Translations under genes and position numbers: made by a program
Source of the DNA: an uncultured Candidatus Saccharibacteria bacterium
GTDB lineage: Bacteria; Patescibacteriota; Minisyncoccia; Phycocordibacterales; UBA9988
Reading direction: 5' to 3'
Length of the DNA stretch: 64,000 bases
Assembly (NCBI GenBank): GCA_964401135.1
Contig: CAYNXC010000001.1
Location: 210,264 to 274,263 of the forward strand
In this document: piece after piece, positions 54,960 to 64,000 of the stretch
Layout: each line of letters begins with the position of its first letter
Position numbering within the stretch: position 1 is the first letter of the stretch
The notes under the pieces: model-generated
The model's input: the letters and a program-made list of their open reading frames with translations, nothing else
What the model was told of the DNA's origin: nothing
The model's database searches: none

Positions 54960-57315
54960 TACTTTTCATCCACGTTTGCTTGTCCTCCTGGATGCGCACG
55001 CGATCATCCATCGTGCCTACCATGCACTCCCAGATCTACGCACTAAGGCGGGGGAGCCGACAGGCGGACTTTACGGGATAGCTTCAATGCTGATGAAGAT
55101 TATTACAGAGCTTAACCCTGATTACCTCGTTGCCTGCTATGATCTCCCCGAACCAACTTTCCGTAAGAAAATATATGAGGACTATAAAGCTGGGAGAGTA
55201 AAAGCTGATGATGATTTAATTACACAGATTGAGCGCTCGCGGAGCATCTTCACCGCCTTTGGGATTCCAATCATTTCACATCCCGGATTTGAGGCAGATG
55301 ACATACTTGGTACCTTAGTGGAGCGTTTTAAAAAAGAAAAAAACCTCTCCATCATTATTGCTTCTGGTGATATGGATACACTCCAGTTGGTGGATGGAGA
55401 ACGCGTGCGTGTATATACCTTGCGCAAAGGGCTTACCGACACGGTTCTCTATGATGAAAAGACAGTGAAAGAACGATTTGGTTTTGAACCAATATTAGTT
55501 GCCGACTACAAAGGTCTCCGAGGCGATCCATCAGATAATATTGTAGGAGTGCCGGGGATAGGGGAGAAGACGGCCACAGAACTTATTACACGGTTTGGCA
55601 CCATAGAAGAGATTTATCAGAAACTCAAAAAGACCCCGGAAGTATTTACAAAGTCCGGTATCAAGCCTCGCGTGGTGAGTCTGCTTACCGAGAATGAAGA
55701 AGAGGCGATGTTTTCAAAAACACTCGCGACCATACGCCGTGACGCTCCCATCCAATACACGCTCCCAGAGGGAAATTGGAGGGAGGGAGTGGGTGAGCCT
55801 GCCTTAGTGAGTCTTTTTAATGAACTTGAGTTTGAGAGTCTTAAACGCCGAGCCCTTGCGATCCTGCGTAACACTCCTTTGGATGCGTCAGCTTCAACGA
55901 CTACTGAAGAATCACCCCACGATGAGGAGCTGGGTGAATCACTCCATCGAGCCCGCATCGCACTCTGGCTCCTTGACTCTACGCGTACCACAGCAAGTCG
56001 CACTGATGTGAGTATCTACACTAAGAAAAAAGATATTTCCTCTGCTCTCGCTACGCTTGAAAAAGAATTGAAAGAGAAGGATCTCTTGTCTGTGTACGAA
56101 GAAATAGAGCTCCCTCTCATCCCTATTCTCGCACGGGCGGAGAATCGTGGGATATTGGTGGACACTGCACTCCTCCGCTCACTCTCGGTCGAGTATCACA
56201 AAAGACTCGGTGTGATTGAACGGCGTATCTACAAGGAGGCAGGAGAAGAGTTTAATATCAATTCCCCAAAACAGATTTCAGGGCTCCTGTTTGAAAAACT
56301 AGGACTTTCCACCAAAGGAATTGCGAAGACAGGTGGAGGAGCGCTCTCTACTAAAGAAAGTGAATTAGCAAAATTACAAGGGGAGCACTCAATTATTGAT
56401 GATATTCTCCTCTATCGTGAGCTACAAAAGTTACTGGGAACCTACATTGACGCCATCCCCTCATTAGTTGATGGAGAGAGTCGGCTCCATACGCACTTGA
56501 ATCAGACGGGGACGACTACAGGGAGAATGTCTTCAGACAGCCCTAATCTCCAAAACATCCCTGCGCGAGATGGTTACGGTGTAGCCATCAGAGAGGCTTT
56601 CATTGCGGCTCCCGGCCATACCTGGGTCTCCTGTGATTACTCACAGATTGAGATGCGCGTGCTTGCAGTGATGGCGGAGGATGAGGAGTTAATTAAAATT
56701 TTTAAAGAAGGAAAGGATGTACACAGCTCTGTTGCCTCACGCGTATTTCGTGTGCCAGAAGGTGAGGTGACCAAGGATATGCGACGGAAGGCGAAGGTGA
56801 TCAACTTTGGCATTATCTACGGGATGGGGGTGCAGGCACTCCGAAAAAATCTTGGGACGGATTTGAAAGAAGCGAAAGAGTTTTACGAGCAGTACTTTGC
56901 GAGCTTCCCACGCATCGAGCTCTTTTTTGAAGGGGTTAAAGAGTATGCACGCAGAAACGGTTATACAAAAACATTCTTTGGACGGAGGCGCTACTTCCCG
57001 GAGATCAAATCCCACCTACCCTACTTGCGCGCGAGCGCCGAACGGATGGCAATGAACGCTCCCTTGCAGGGGACTGCGGCAGACCTCATCAAGATTGCGA
57101 TGCGTCGCTCTGAAGAGATACTGACAGAGCGGGGTCTCTCGGGGAGGGCGCATCTCATTCTACAAGTACATGATGAGCTTATTTATGAAGTGGAGCGCGA
57201 AGTGGTGGAAGAAGTCTCCATGATTATCACAGAGGCAATGGAAGGCGCCGCACATGTTGCCGTGCCGCTCTCTGTCTCGCTAGGCATAGGAAGAAATTGG
57301 AAGGAGGCAGGATAG
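54934..57315 (+). CDS. polA: DNA polymerase I (5'-3' exonuclease + polymerase; proofreading domain reduced)
   Basis: HRAYHA, EADD, GDPSDN..GV.GIG.KTA, TGR.SS..PNLQNIP, DYSQIE.R, AK.INFGIIYG, QVHDE. Confidence 0.96.
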   Translation: MKSVTKKTNTFHPRLLVLLDAHAIIHRAYHALPDLRTKAGEPTGGLYGIASMLMKIITELNPDYLVACYDLPEPTFRKKIYEDYKAGRVKADDDLITQIERSRSIFTAFGIPIISHPGFEADDILGTLVERFKKEKNLSIIIASGDMDTLQLVDGERVRVYTLRKGLTDTVLYDEKTVKERFGFEPILVADYKGLRGDPSDNIVGVPGIGEKTATELITRFGTIEEIYQKLKKTPEVFTKSGIKPRVVSLLTENEEEAMFSKTLATIRRDAPIQYTLPEGNWREGVGEPALVSLFNELEFESLKRRALAILRNTPLDASASTTTEESPHDEELGESLHRARIALWLLDSTRTTASRTDVSIYTKKKDISSALATLEKELKEKDLLSVYEEIELPLIPILARAENRGILVDTALLRSLSVEYHKRLGVIERRIYKEAGEEFNINSPKQISGLLFEKLGLSTKGIAKTGGGALSTKESELAKLQGEHSIIDDILLYRELQKLLGTYIDAIPSLVDGESRLHTHLNQTGTTTGRMSSDSPNLQNIPARDGYGVAIREAFIAAPGHTWVSCDYSQIEMRVLAVMAEDEELIKIFKEGKDVHSSVASRVFRVPEGEVTKDMRRKAKVINFGIIYGMGVQALRKNLGTDLKEAKEFYEQYFASFPRIELFFEGVKEYARRNGYTKTFFGRRRYFPEIKSHLPYLRASAERMAMNAPLQGTAADLIKIAMRRSEEILTERGLSGRAHLILQVHDELIYEVEREVVEEVSMIITEAMEGAAHVAVPLSVSLGIGRNWKEAG

Positions 57316-57414
57316 ACTGACTCATGTGCACATATACGCTATTTCCTCTCAATTCCGTATTTAATGATGGCATGCTATTATTTCTTACGCTGACTCCACG
57401 CCGTCATAATAGTC

Positions 57415-58173
57415 ATGGTAATTCGCACTAGAAATATTTTTGATCCCAATTCACAGGATCCTTTTAAGCTCTCTCGTTCAAAAATTGAAGACTTTTTACG
57501 CTGCCCGCGCTGTTTCTACCTAGATCGTCGTCTGGGGGTGGGGAAGCCGGCACAGCTCCCTTTCAATCTAAACTCCGCGGTAGACCATTTGTTTAAAAAA
57601 GAGTTCGATATCCATCGAGCAAAGGGAGAATCACACCCGCTTATGGAGCGATATGGGATTAAGGCCATTCCCTTCTCACACCCACAGCTCAACGAATGGC
57701 GAGAGAACTTTGTGGGAATCCAGTATTACCACGAGCCGAGTAATTTTATTATCACCGGAGCCGTGGATGATCTCTGGGTTGCTTCGGAAGGGGATATCAT
57801 CGTTGTAGATTATAAATCTACGAGTAAAGATTCGGAGGTAAATCTTGATGCAGAGTGGCAGAGAGGCTATAAGAATCAGATGGAGATATACCAGTGGCTT
57901 TTACGGAAGCTTGGTTTCATAGTCTCTCCCGTTGGATATTTCGTGTATGCAAATGGGCGACGAGATAGAAAGGCCTTTGATGCAAAACTAGAGTTTGATA
58001 TCAGCATTATTCCCTACGAGGGGGACGACAGTTGGGTTGAGGGTGTTATACTAGATATACACAAGTGCTTGATGGGGGACAAGCTCCCAGGAAGTACATC
58101 GCAATGTGAGTATTGTCAATATAGACAAGCAGCGGCAAGTGCGATACGATCGCATTCACAGGAGGATTATTAG
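57415..58173 (+). CDS. PD-(D/E)XK nuclease (RecB/Cas4-like, Cys cluster)
   Basis: LS.S...F..CPRCF, G.VDD, VVDYKST, Q..IY, C..C.Y. Confidence 0.85.
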   Translation: MVIRTRNIFDPNSQDPFKLSRSKIEDFLRCPRCFYLDRRLGVGKPAQLPFNLNSAVDHLFKKEFDIHRAKGESHPLMERYGIKAIPFSHPQLNEWRENFVGIQYYHEPSNFIITGAVDDLWVASEGDIIVVDYKSTSKDSEVNLDAEWQRGYKNQMEIYQWLLRKLGFIVSPVGYFVYANGRRDRKAFDAKLEFDISIIPYEGDDSWVEGVILDIHKCLMGDKLPGSTSQCEYCQYRQAAASAIRSHSQEDY

Positions 58174-58191
58174 TTGATACATAAGAGCATT

Positions 58192-58704
58192 ATGAACAAG
58201 CAACTTATATTATTTATTGTTGCCATCATCATCATTGCGATTTTGGTGATTTTGGGCTACCAAAGTCGTGGCTCAGACGAGCTTCCCGCACAAGAAGCAT
58301 CGGTCGGAGTGACGCAGGGCACTATGATAGAAGATACACTTGTTGGTACGAGTACAGAAGAGGCAAAAGTGGGGGATACCGTCACTGTCCACTATGTGGG
58401 TACCCTTGCTGATGGGACAAAGTTTGATTCCAGTATTGACCGTGGAGAGCCCTTTAGCTTCACGATTGGTGCAGGGCAGGTCATACAAGGGTGGGAGCAA
58501 GGTTTACTCGGTATGAAGGTCGGAGGTAAGCGTGTACTCACTGTACCTCCAGAGCTTGGATATGGAGCACAGACTGTTGGTCCTATTCCCGCAAATGCAA
58601 CACTTAAGTTTGAAATAGAACTCATTAAGGTCGCACCTGCGAGCACGAGTACTACTTCAGTTATAGATGACAAAGCAAGCACCTCTACAAAAGAAGTAGA
58701 GTAA
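58192..58704 (+). CDS. Membrane-anchored FKBP-type peptidyl-prolyl isomerase
   Basis: VHYVGTL.DG.KFDSS, VIQGWEQG, PPELGYG, IP.NATL.FE.EL. Confidence 0.95.
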   Translation: MNKQLILFIVAIIIIAILVILGYQSRGSDELPAQEASVGVTQGTMIEDTLVGTSTEEAKVGDTVTVHYVGTLADGTKFDSSIDRGEPFSFTIGAGQVIQGWEQGLLGMKVGGKRVLTVPPELGYGAQTVGPIPANATLKFEIELIKVAPASTSTTSVIDDKASTSTKEVE

Positions 58705-58734
58705 TCCAGAAAACCTAAAGACTAAACGAATATT

Positions 58735-59295
58735 ATGAAAAACGCTATTATCCTGATCGTCATCATTGCGCTCATCGTTGTTGGATACCTCGTATTCAAG
58801 AATAAGGGTGACGAATCTGAACTTCCTACAGACAATGAGACAGCCACCACCACTCCCGTCGCGGAACCAGCCCGCGTGAATGTTACCCTCAATGAAGTGG
58901 CAAAGTCTGGAGAGTCTGGAGCGGCAGTATTAGAAAATGTAGATGGCAAACTGAAAATCACCATAACAGTAAGTGATACTCCTGCCGGAGTCGCTCAACC
59001 TGCATTTGTGTACGCAGGATCCTGCGCGAAGCTTGGTGAGGCTAAGTATACACTTGCTGATGTTGTTGGGGGCACTTCAGAGACTGTTCTTGATACGGAG
59101 ACGGTGGAGCAGTTCCTCACAGGACTCCCGCTCGCCATCAGTATTCAGAAGTCGGAGAAAGATGTGAAAAAGTCTATTGCCTGTGGAGATATCAGTAATC
59201 CCACAGTAACAGAGACAGTGAGTACTACGGCAACAACAACTAGTGCTACGACCACAACAAGCACAACCACAAAAGGAGTTACGACTACTCCTTAA
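58735..59295 (+). CDS. Membrane-anchored CHRD-like domain protein with Thr-rich tail
   Basis: SGESG.A.L, QPA...GSC, G.S.T, ACG.I pattern. Confidence 0.6.
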   Translation: MKNAIILIVIIALIVVGYLVFKNKGDESELPTDNETATTTPVAEPARVNVTLNEVAKSGESGAAVLENVDGKLKITITVSDTPAGVAQPAFVYAGSCAKLGEAKYTLADVVGGTSETVLDTETVEQFLTGLPLAISIQKSEKDVKKSIACGDISNPTVTETVSTTATTTSATTTTSTTTKGVTTTP

Positions 59296-59370
59296 GGTTA
59301 GGCAGAATTCTTTATCCATAATCCCGCCCTATCACTTTGGTAGGGCGTGGTTTGTGTTATATTTCAAATT

Positions 59371-59985
59371 ATGGCAGAAGATGCTCGTAATGAAGCACTC
59401 AAGCGAATAAAAGACGAGGTTCTTGCACTTGAACGATCTTCACTCTATGAATACCGAACAAAAAATCACTATTTTCCTGTGATCGGGGAGGGAGACCACT
59501 ATGCAAAGCTCATGTTTGTGGGAGAAGCCCCTGGACGGACAGAGGCACTGACGGGAAGGCCCTTTGTGGGTGCGGCTGGAAGGATATTGGAAGAATTATT
59601 GGAGAGTGTTGGCATGACTCGTGCTGAAGTCTACATTGCGAATATTTTAAAAGATCGTCCACCAGAAAATCGTGACCCACTCCCTGAAGAGATTAGTGTC
59701 TACGGACCCTTTCTTGATCAGCAAATTGAGATTATTCAACCATCCGTCATCGCGACGCTTGGTCGTTACTCGCTTGGCTACATTATTCGGAAGTTTGAGT
59801 TGGAGCTCTATCTCCAACCAATCTCGTATATGCACGGGAAGAGTTTTGCCGCTAAAGCTCCATACGGAGACATCTCCATTGTCTGCCTCTACCACCCAGC
59901 GGTAGCAGTATACAACAACAAGATGAAGGATACATTGAAGAAAGATTTTCAGATTGTGAAGACATTGATTTCTCACCATGAGTAA
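59371..59985 (+). CDS. Uracil-DNA glycosylase family 4
   Basis: MFVGEAPG..E...GRPFVG.AG, RPP.NRDP, TLG, YHPA. Confidence 0.93.
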   Translation: MAEDARNEALKRIKDEVLALERSSLYEYRTKNHYFPVIGEGDHYAKLMFVGEAPGRTEALTGRPFVGAAGRILEELLESVGMTRAEVYIANILKDRPPENRDPLPEEISVYGPFLDQQIEIIQPSVIATLGRYSLGYIIRKFELELYLQPISYMHGKSFAAKAPYGDISIVCLYHPAVAVYNNKMKDTLKKDFQIVKTLISHHE

Positions 59986-60769
59986 ACTCACCCTGATATC
60001 GTGGAATGTGAATGGGATCCGTGCGGCAGTGAATAAGGGCTTTATAGATTTTTTAAAGCATAAAAATCCAGATGTGTTCGGCATTCAAGAAATTAAGATC
60101 AGTAACGAAGCACGAGAGAAAGTGGAGTTTGACTTTGCTGGATATGCCGAGTTTTGGAATCCAGCAGAGAAGCCTGGCTACAGCGGCACCGCTACACTTA
60201 CAAGAGTTGCGCCAATCGCAGTGAGTGAGGGGTTTGTAGTACCTGGAACTAACACAAAAATGCTCGCAGAAGAGAGGGAGGGGCGTGTGCAGACATTAGA
60301 ATTTGAAAAATTTTATTTTTTAAACTGCTACTTCCCTAATGCAAATAACGAGCTCTCCCGTTTGAATTTCAAAGAAGAATTCAATGATACTTTTTTGAAG
60401 CATGTATCTCGTCTGGAAAAAAATAAACCAGTACTTGCTTGTGGAGATTTTAATGTAGCACACCAAGAGATTGATCTCGCGCGTCCACAAGAAAATATGG
60501 GTAATCCAGGATTTACTGGTGAGGAACGACGCTGGGCAGACAAGTTTATCTCACACGGACTCGTGGACAGCTTCCGCCATCTCCACCCCAGTAAAAGAGA
60601 GTACTCATGGTGGAGCTACCGTGCGCTCGCTCGTGAGCGGAATGTGGGCTGGCGTATTGATTACTTTTTTGTGAGCGGGTGCTTTATGAAGCATGTGAAG
60701 GATGCGTTTATCTTGACACAGATAGAAGGATCTGATCATTGCCCCGTTGGGATTACCATTGAGATCTAG
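59978..60769 (+). CDS. xth: Exodeoxyribonuclease III (AP endonuclease)
   Basis: SWNVNGIRA, QE.K, GYSG, EGR, Y.PN, GDFNVAH, GWRIDY, GSDHCP. Confidence 0.96.
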   Translation: MSKLTLISWNVNGIRAAVNKGFIDFLKHKNPDVFGIQEIKISNEAREKVEFDFAGYAEFWNPAEKPGYSGTATLTRVAPIAVSEGFVVPGTNTKMLAEEREGRVQTLEFEKFYFLNCYFPNANNELSRLNFKEEFNDTFLKHVSRLEKNKPVLACGDFNVAHQEIDLARPQENMGNPGFTGEERRWADKFISHGLVDSFRHLHPSKREYSWWSYRALARERNVGWRIDYFFVSGCFMKHVKDAFILTQIEGSDHCPVGITIEI

Positions 60770-60772
60770 TCT

Positions 60773-61489
60773 ATGATCTACGCAGTGGTAGGGAATGGGA
60801 ATCCGAAAGCAATAGAAAAGTACCGTTTCTTAAAGGAGCAATTTTTTCGTAAGTATCCTAATGCGCAACGACTCTCGTTTACTGAAGAGACCCTTGATGC
60901 GAAGGAGATTTTTGACGCAGCATCTCAACAAAGTCTTTTTGGTGGGGCATACCTCGTTTCCTGCTTCAGGTTAAGTGAAAATGCAGTAATAAAAGAGATT
61001 TTTTCTGATCTCATCGCAGTGATGTGGAAGTCAGAGAATCACTTTCTCCTCTTTGAACACTCCCTTGATAAAAAATCTCTAGCCCTGATTGAAGAGCATG
61101 GGAAGCTGTACTCATTTGTACCAGCCACAACGGCGCTTGAGTACAATGTCTTTTCTCTACCACAAAAAGTAGGGGAGCGCGATAGAAAAGGGGCGTGGAT
61201 TGAGTTGCAGCGCGCGCGGATGGTAGGCGTCTCTGATGATGAGCTCTTACGCCCGCTTCTCTGGCAGATGAAGACCATACTCCTTGTTCACCCCGCCTTG
61301 GGAGGAGCGAGTGTAGAAGAGTCAGGACTGAAACCCACTGTCTATAGCAGAGCGCTTAGTTATGGGGAAAATTATTCTCGTGAAGAATTAAATGAGCTCT
61401 CCTTTGCTCTTGCCATGCTCCCCTCGCGTGTGGTCTCTGGTGAAGTAGAGATGGATATTGCTCTAGAGTCAATCATTCTGAGTGTATAG
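60773..61489 (+). CDS. DNA polymerase III delta subunit-like (short HolA)
   Basis: SLFG motif, NVF.L...G.RD, G/V.P.V..RA, LE..IL C-terminus. Confidence 0.65.
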   Translation: MIYAVVGNGNPKAIEKYRFLKEQFFRKYPNAQRLSFTEETLDAKEIFDAASQQSLFGGAYLVSCFRLSENAVIKEIFSDLIAVMWKSENHFLLFEHSLDKKSLALIEEHGKLYSFVPATTALEYNVFSLPQKVGERDRKGAWIELQRARMVGVSDDELLRPLLWQMKTILLVHPALGGASVEESGLKPTVYSRALSYGENYSREELNELSFALAMLPSRVVSGEVEMDIALESIILSV

Positions 61490-61527
61490 CGTGGACAGAG
61501 GGGGAGTCTGTGGTATTATTTCGCGAG

Positions 61528-61600
61528 CCGCCCATAGCTCAGTCGGTAGAGCAGCTCCCTTTTAAGGAGAGGGTCGTAGGTTCGAATCCTACTGGGCGGA
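61528..61600 (+). tRNA. tRNA-Lys(TTT)
   Basis: CCGCCCATAGCTCAGTCGGTAGAGCAGCTCCCTTTTAAGGAGAGGGTCGTAGGTTCGAATCCTACTGGGCGGA. Confidence 0.95.
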
Positions 61601-61602
61601 TA

Positions 61603-62088
61603 ATGATGCAAAACTCTCTCTCCCTTATCCTCCACAATGTGCGAAGCTGTGAAAATGTGGGGAGTATCTTGCGTAGCGCGGATGCAGCAGGAGTAGAAAA
61701 AGTGTACCTCTGTGGGATCACCCCTGCACCAATAGATCGTTTTGGGCGTCCTAATCCTCGCGTGCTCAAGGCCTCTCTTGGAGCGGAGAAAAATGTAGAG
61801 TGGGAAGAGAGAGAAGATAGCATGGCGCTCATTGAGGATTTACGGCAAAAAGATGTTCGTATCTATGCTTTGGAACAGAGTAAAGGCTCGGTAGATTATC
61901 GAACCGTCAAGATAAATACTGCGGCGGCACTTATTGTGGGGAATGAGGTTGACGGAATAGGAGATGAGCTTCTTACACTCGCTGATACTGTTATTGAGAT
62001 CCCTATGCGTGGTATAAAAGAGTCACTCAATGTCTCTGTTGCCTGCGGGATTATCCTGTTCTCTTTTAGTAACGATACTCCGCAATAA
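61603..62088 (+). CDS. SpoU/TrmH-family RNA methyltransferase
   Basis: NVRS..NVGS..R.AD, GNE..GI, IPM.G.KESLNVSVA. Confidence 0.92.
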   Translation: MMQNSLSLILHNVRSCENVGSILRSADAAGVEKVYLCGITPAPIDRFGRPNPRVLKASLGAEKNVEWEEREDSMALIEDLRQKDVRIYALEQSKGSVDYRTVKINTAAALIVGNEVDGIGDELLTLADTVIEIPMRGIKESLNVSVACGIILFSFSNDTPQ

Positions 62089-62719
62089 TGAGTCCTCGTT
62101 CATCTCGCAGGATGATTGTGTCGTGTTCTGACGAGAACAGGGAGCTATCCGCGTCTAGGAATACTCTCCATTCAGGAGAAAAAAATTGCGGGTTCGCGTG
62201 CTCTCTTTCTACACAGTCGTTATAAAAACCTTCGGTAGTAGTCGCCCCTGTTTTTGTAAATGTAGGATAGAAATTTTGGAAGCGTTCTAGCCTTGGGCTA
62301 CAACTATTCACTTGAAATGAGATACCAACAGGGGAGGATCCTCCAGAGATGAGCGCACGCTCGCCAGGAAAGAGCGCTATAGGGGAACGTGTAGGGATAG
62401 CTCCTTGGCGAAAGAGTGTATTCCCTTCAGGGATAGTGATTCGTATTTTTTTTTCAGTACTCTCTAAGTTCCAACCAGAGATTTTTTGTGCGGTACCCTC
62501 ATGCGCGGTGTACACTACGATAAGGTACTCATGACTCTGTCCGCCTGAAGATATCTCCATCACTCGTGTCAGCGATACCATGCCATAGAGAGGACTCTTT
62601 GCTTCTGGTCGGATAGTAAGTGGAATGGTGACTTCTTTACTTGAAATCAGCAATATACCAAGGGCGGTGAGCACAATACCTACAATACAGGCTCCAGCAA
62701 TCTGCTGTGTTCGCGTCAT
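62066..62719 (-). CDS. Membrane-anchored lamin-tail-like extracellular protein
   Basis: EY...., ISGW.L, SPVG.SF..N.C, YNDCV, W..F, I.LRD..G..I..Y.Y. Confidence 0.65.
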   Translation of the reverse strand: MTRTQQIAGACIVGIVLTALGILLISSKEVTIPLTIRPEAKSPLYGMVSLTRVMEISSGGQSHEYLIVVYTAHEGTAQKISGWNLESTEKKIRITIPEGNTLFRQGAIPTRSPIALFPGERALISGGSSPVGISFQVNSCSPRLERFQNFYPTFTKTGATTTEGFYNDCVEREHANPQFFSPEWRVFLDADSSLFSSEHDTIILRDERGLIIAEYRY

Positions 62720-62722
62720 AAA

Positions 62723-63895
62723 TTATCCAAGTTTTTCTAAGGCCTTCAGTTCTTCTCGTACCACGGCTGCATCGTCCCATGGGATTTTTGTCCCTCGGGG
62801 TCCCATAATGTACGGATCAGTACCTTTGCCGGTTATCATCACTATGTCACCCTGCCTCGCTTCTCGGAGCGCCGTTCTGATCGCTTCACGGCGATCAAGG
62901 ATGCTCCGTGATGCATCGTGTGGAAGTGCGGAACTCATGTCATTAATAATTGCTTCCGGGTCCTCGTCGTACGGATCTTCATTAGTAAAGATGATCTTTT
63001 CACAGTATTCATGTGCGGCCTGTGCCATGACGGGACGCTTCCACGCATCTCTCCCGCCACCACAACTCCCCAGTACGCAAAGCTTTGGCCCCTTACCAGC
63101 GGCCTCGTAGGCGGCACGAAGTGAATCTCTCGTATGTGCGTAATCTACATAGATGGTAATGCCACGATTATTTTCTATCCGCTCCATCCTACCACGCACA
63201 CCGTGGAACTTTTGGATTGCTGTCGCAATTATTTCTTCGCTTATACCAACTGTGCGTGCAGCCGCGGCGGCGATGAGGATATTAAAACGATTCATCTCTC
63301 CGGGGAGCCTTGTGGAGTAAGGGAAAGCGTCTTTTGCGCCCACTTCAATCTTTTGTGGTATAGAGAGTGAAAGAAACGGTAATTTTTCTTTATCGTCGCG
63401 GTTTACTATAATGGTGCGGTGTGGTTTTGTTGATCGTTCCAACTCTTGTGCAATGGATACTTTTGCCGCGAGATAGTTCTCGTAGGAGCCATGTGACTCA
63501 ATGTGCTCTGGAGAGATGTTAGTGACGACGAGTACATCAAGTGGGATAAAGCGGTGCCGATGTTGGCGGGCTCCCTCGCTCGTCATCTCAATGACCGCGT
63601 GAGTACAGCGCTCTTTCAGTCCTTGCGCAAGTAATCTTTGCAGGAAACCTTTCCCCGGCATAGACATCTTCGTAAGATTGCGTTCGCTCTTACCCGCGAT
63701 AGAGAAGTGTACCGTTGAGGAGATGACAGATTTTTTACCTGCTTCGGCAAGTATTGCTGCAATGATGTCTACTACCGTCGACTTGCCCTTGGTCCCTGTC
63801 ACGCCGATAATAAAAAAATTTTTCGCAGGGAAGTGGTACCAAAGCGCGGCGCAGTATGCCCAGAGGTAGTGGTAGATGGAAATGGATTTTTTCAT
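62723..63895 (-). CDS. murE: Mur ligase, MurE-like
   Basis: GVTGTKGKST, E.TS.G, TN..PEH...H, GRME, VDYAHT, GGGRD, TGKG. Confidence 0.88.
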   Translation of the reverse strand: MKKSISIYHYLWAYCAALWYHFPAKNFFIIGVTGTKGKSTVVDIIAAILAEAGKKSVISSTVHFSIAGKSERNLTKMSMPGKGFLQRLLAQGLKERCTHAVIEMTSEGARQHRHRFIPLDVLVVTNISPEHIESHGSYENYLAAKVSIAQELERSTKPHRTIIVNRDDKEKLPFLSLSIPQKIEVGAKDAFPYSTRLPGEMNRFNILIAAAAARTVGISEEIIATAIQKFHGVRGRMERIENNRGITIYVDYAHTRDSLRAAYEAAGKGPKLCVLGSCGGGRDAWKRPVMAQAAHEYCEKIIFTNEDPYDEDPEAIINDMSSALPHDASRSILDRREAIRTALREARQGDIVMITGKGTDPYIMGPRGTKIPWDDAAVVREELKALEKLG

Positions 63896-64000
63896 ACGCT
63901 TAGATATCGTAGAGCTTCACGGATGCGTGCGCCCGTTTCAGTGCACCCTGCTGGTATATGTTTGAGCGCCTCACGAGACTCGTAGAGAGAGTAGCCGAGT
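63892..64000 (-). CDS. ruvA: Holliday junction protein RuvA, C-terminal fragment (5' part outside window)
   Basis: Manual translation LGYSLYESREALKHIPAGCTETGARIREALRYLSV*, matching the RuvA domain III pattern; ATGA overlap with murE. Confidence 0.75.
   Translation of the reverse strand, partial: LGYSLYESREALKHIPAGCTETGARIREALRYLSV

Noticed and set aside
57415-58173. Cas4-like nuclease implying a CRISPR system
   Set aside because: No repeat-spacer array or other cas genes seen in the window.
1908-63869. Numerous antisense and alternate-frame ORFs in the track (e.g. 1908-2558, 9384-9938, 13189-13830, 51683-51892, 5746-6165)
   Set aside because: Shadows of well-supported genes, tRNAs or the ncRNA, with no motifs or initiation signals.
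1-64000. Alternative genetic code (UGA recoding as in some CPR lineages)
   Set aside because: Conserved genes are full length under code 11 and several end at TGA in normal ATGA overlaps.

Overview
Origin-proximal 64 kb of a small-genome bacterial chromosome. The inferred source is Patescibacteria/CPR (Parcubacteria-like), based on streamlined proteins, the rpsO-NYN-pnp arrangement, a chromosomal VirB4/VirD4/PrgI/pilin cluster and tRNAs without encoded CCA; the genetic code is standard. It contains yidC-rnpA-rpmH<>dnaA-oriC-dnaN, 7 tRNAs, the CCA-adding enzyme, a Xer recombinase, pnp, uvrD, rsmA, PBP1A, tyrS, ruvC/yebC/ruvB, pilB, tsaE-polA, UDG-xth, murE, partial ruvA, a MacAB-like exporter and DsbA/VKOR. 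Most notable observations: (1) an unannotated ~170-nt structured ncRNA with a near-consensus sigma70 promoter between ruvB and pilB (6S-like or new); (2) a relaxase-free T4SS-like locus whose pilin is fused to a Cys-rich stalk and an M15/LAS-like metallopeptidase motif; (3) a 7-9 kb hub of parS-like sites, tandem DnaA boxes and a palindrome array beside xer; (4) pervasive leaderless promoters; (5) a low-GC islet with an ADP-ribosylglycohydrolase inside the rpsO-pnp locus; (6) several microproteins missing from the ORF track. All calls come from reading motifs by eye; no searches were run.
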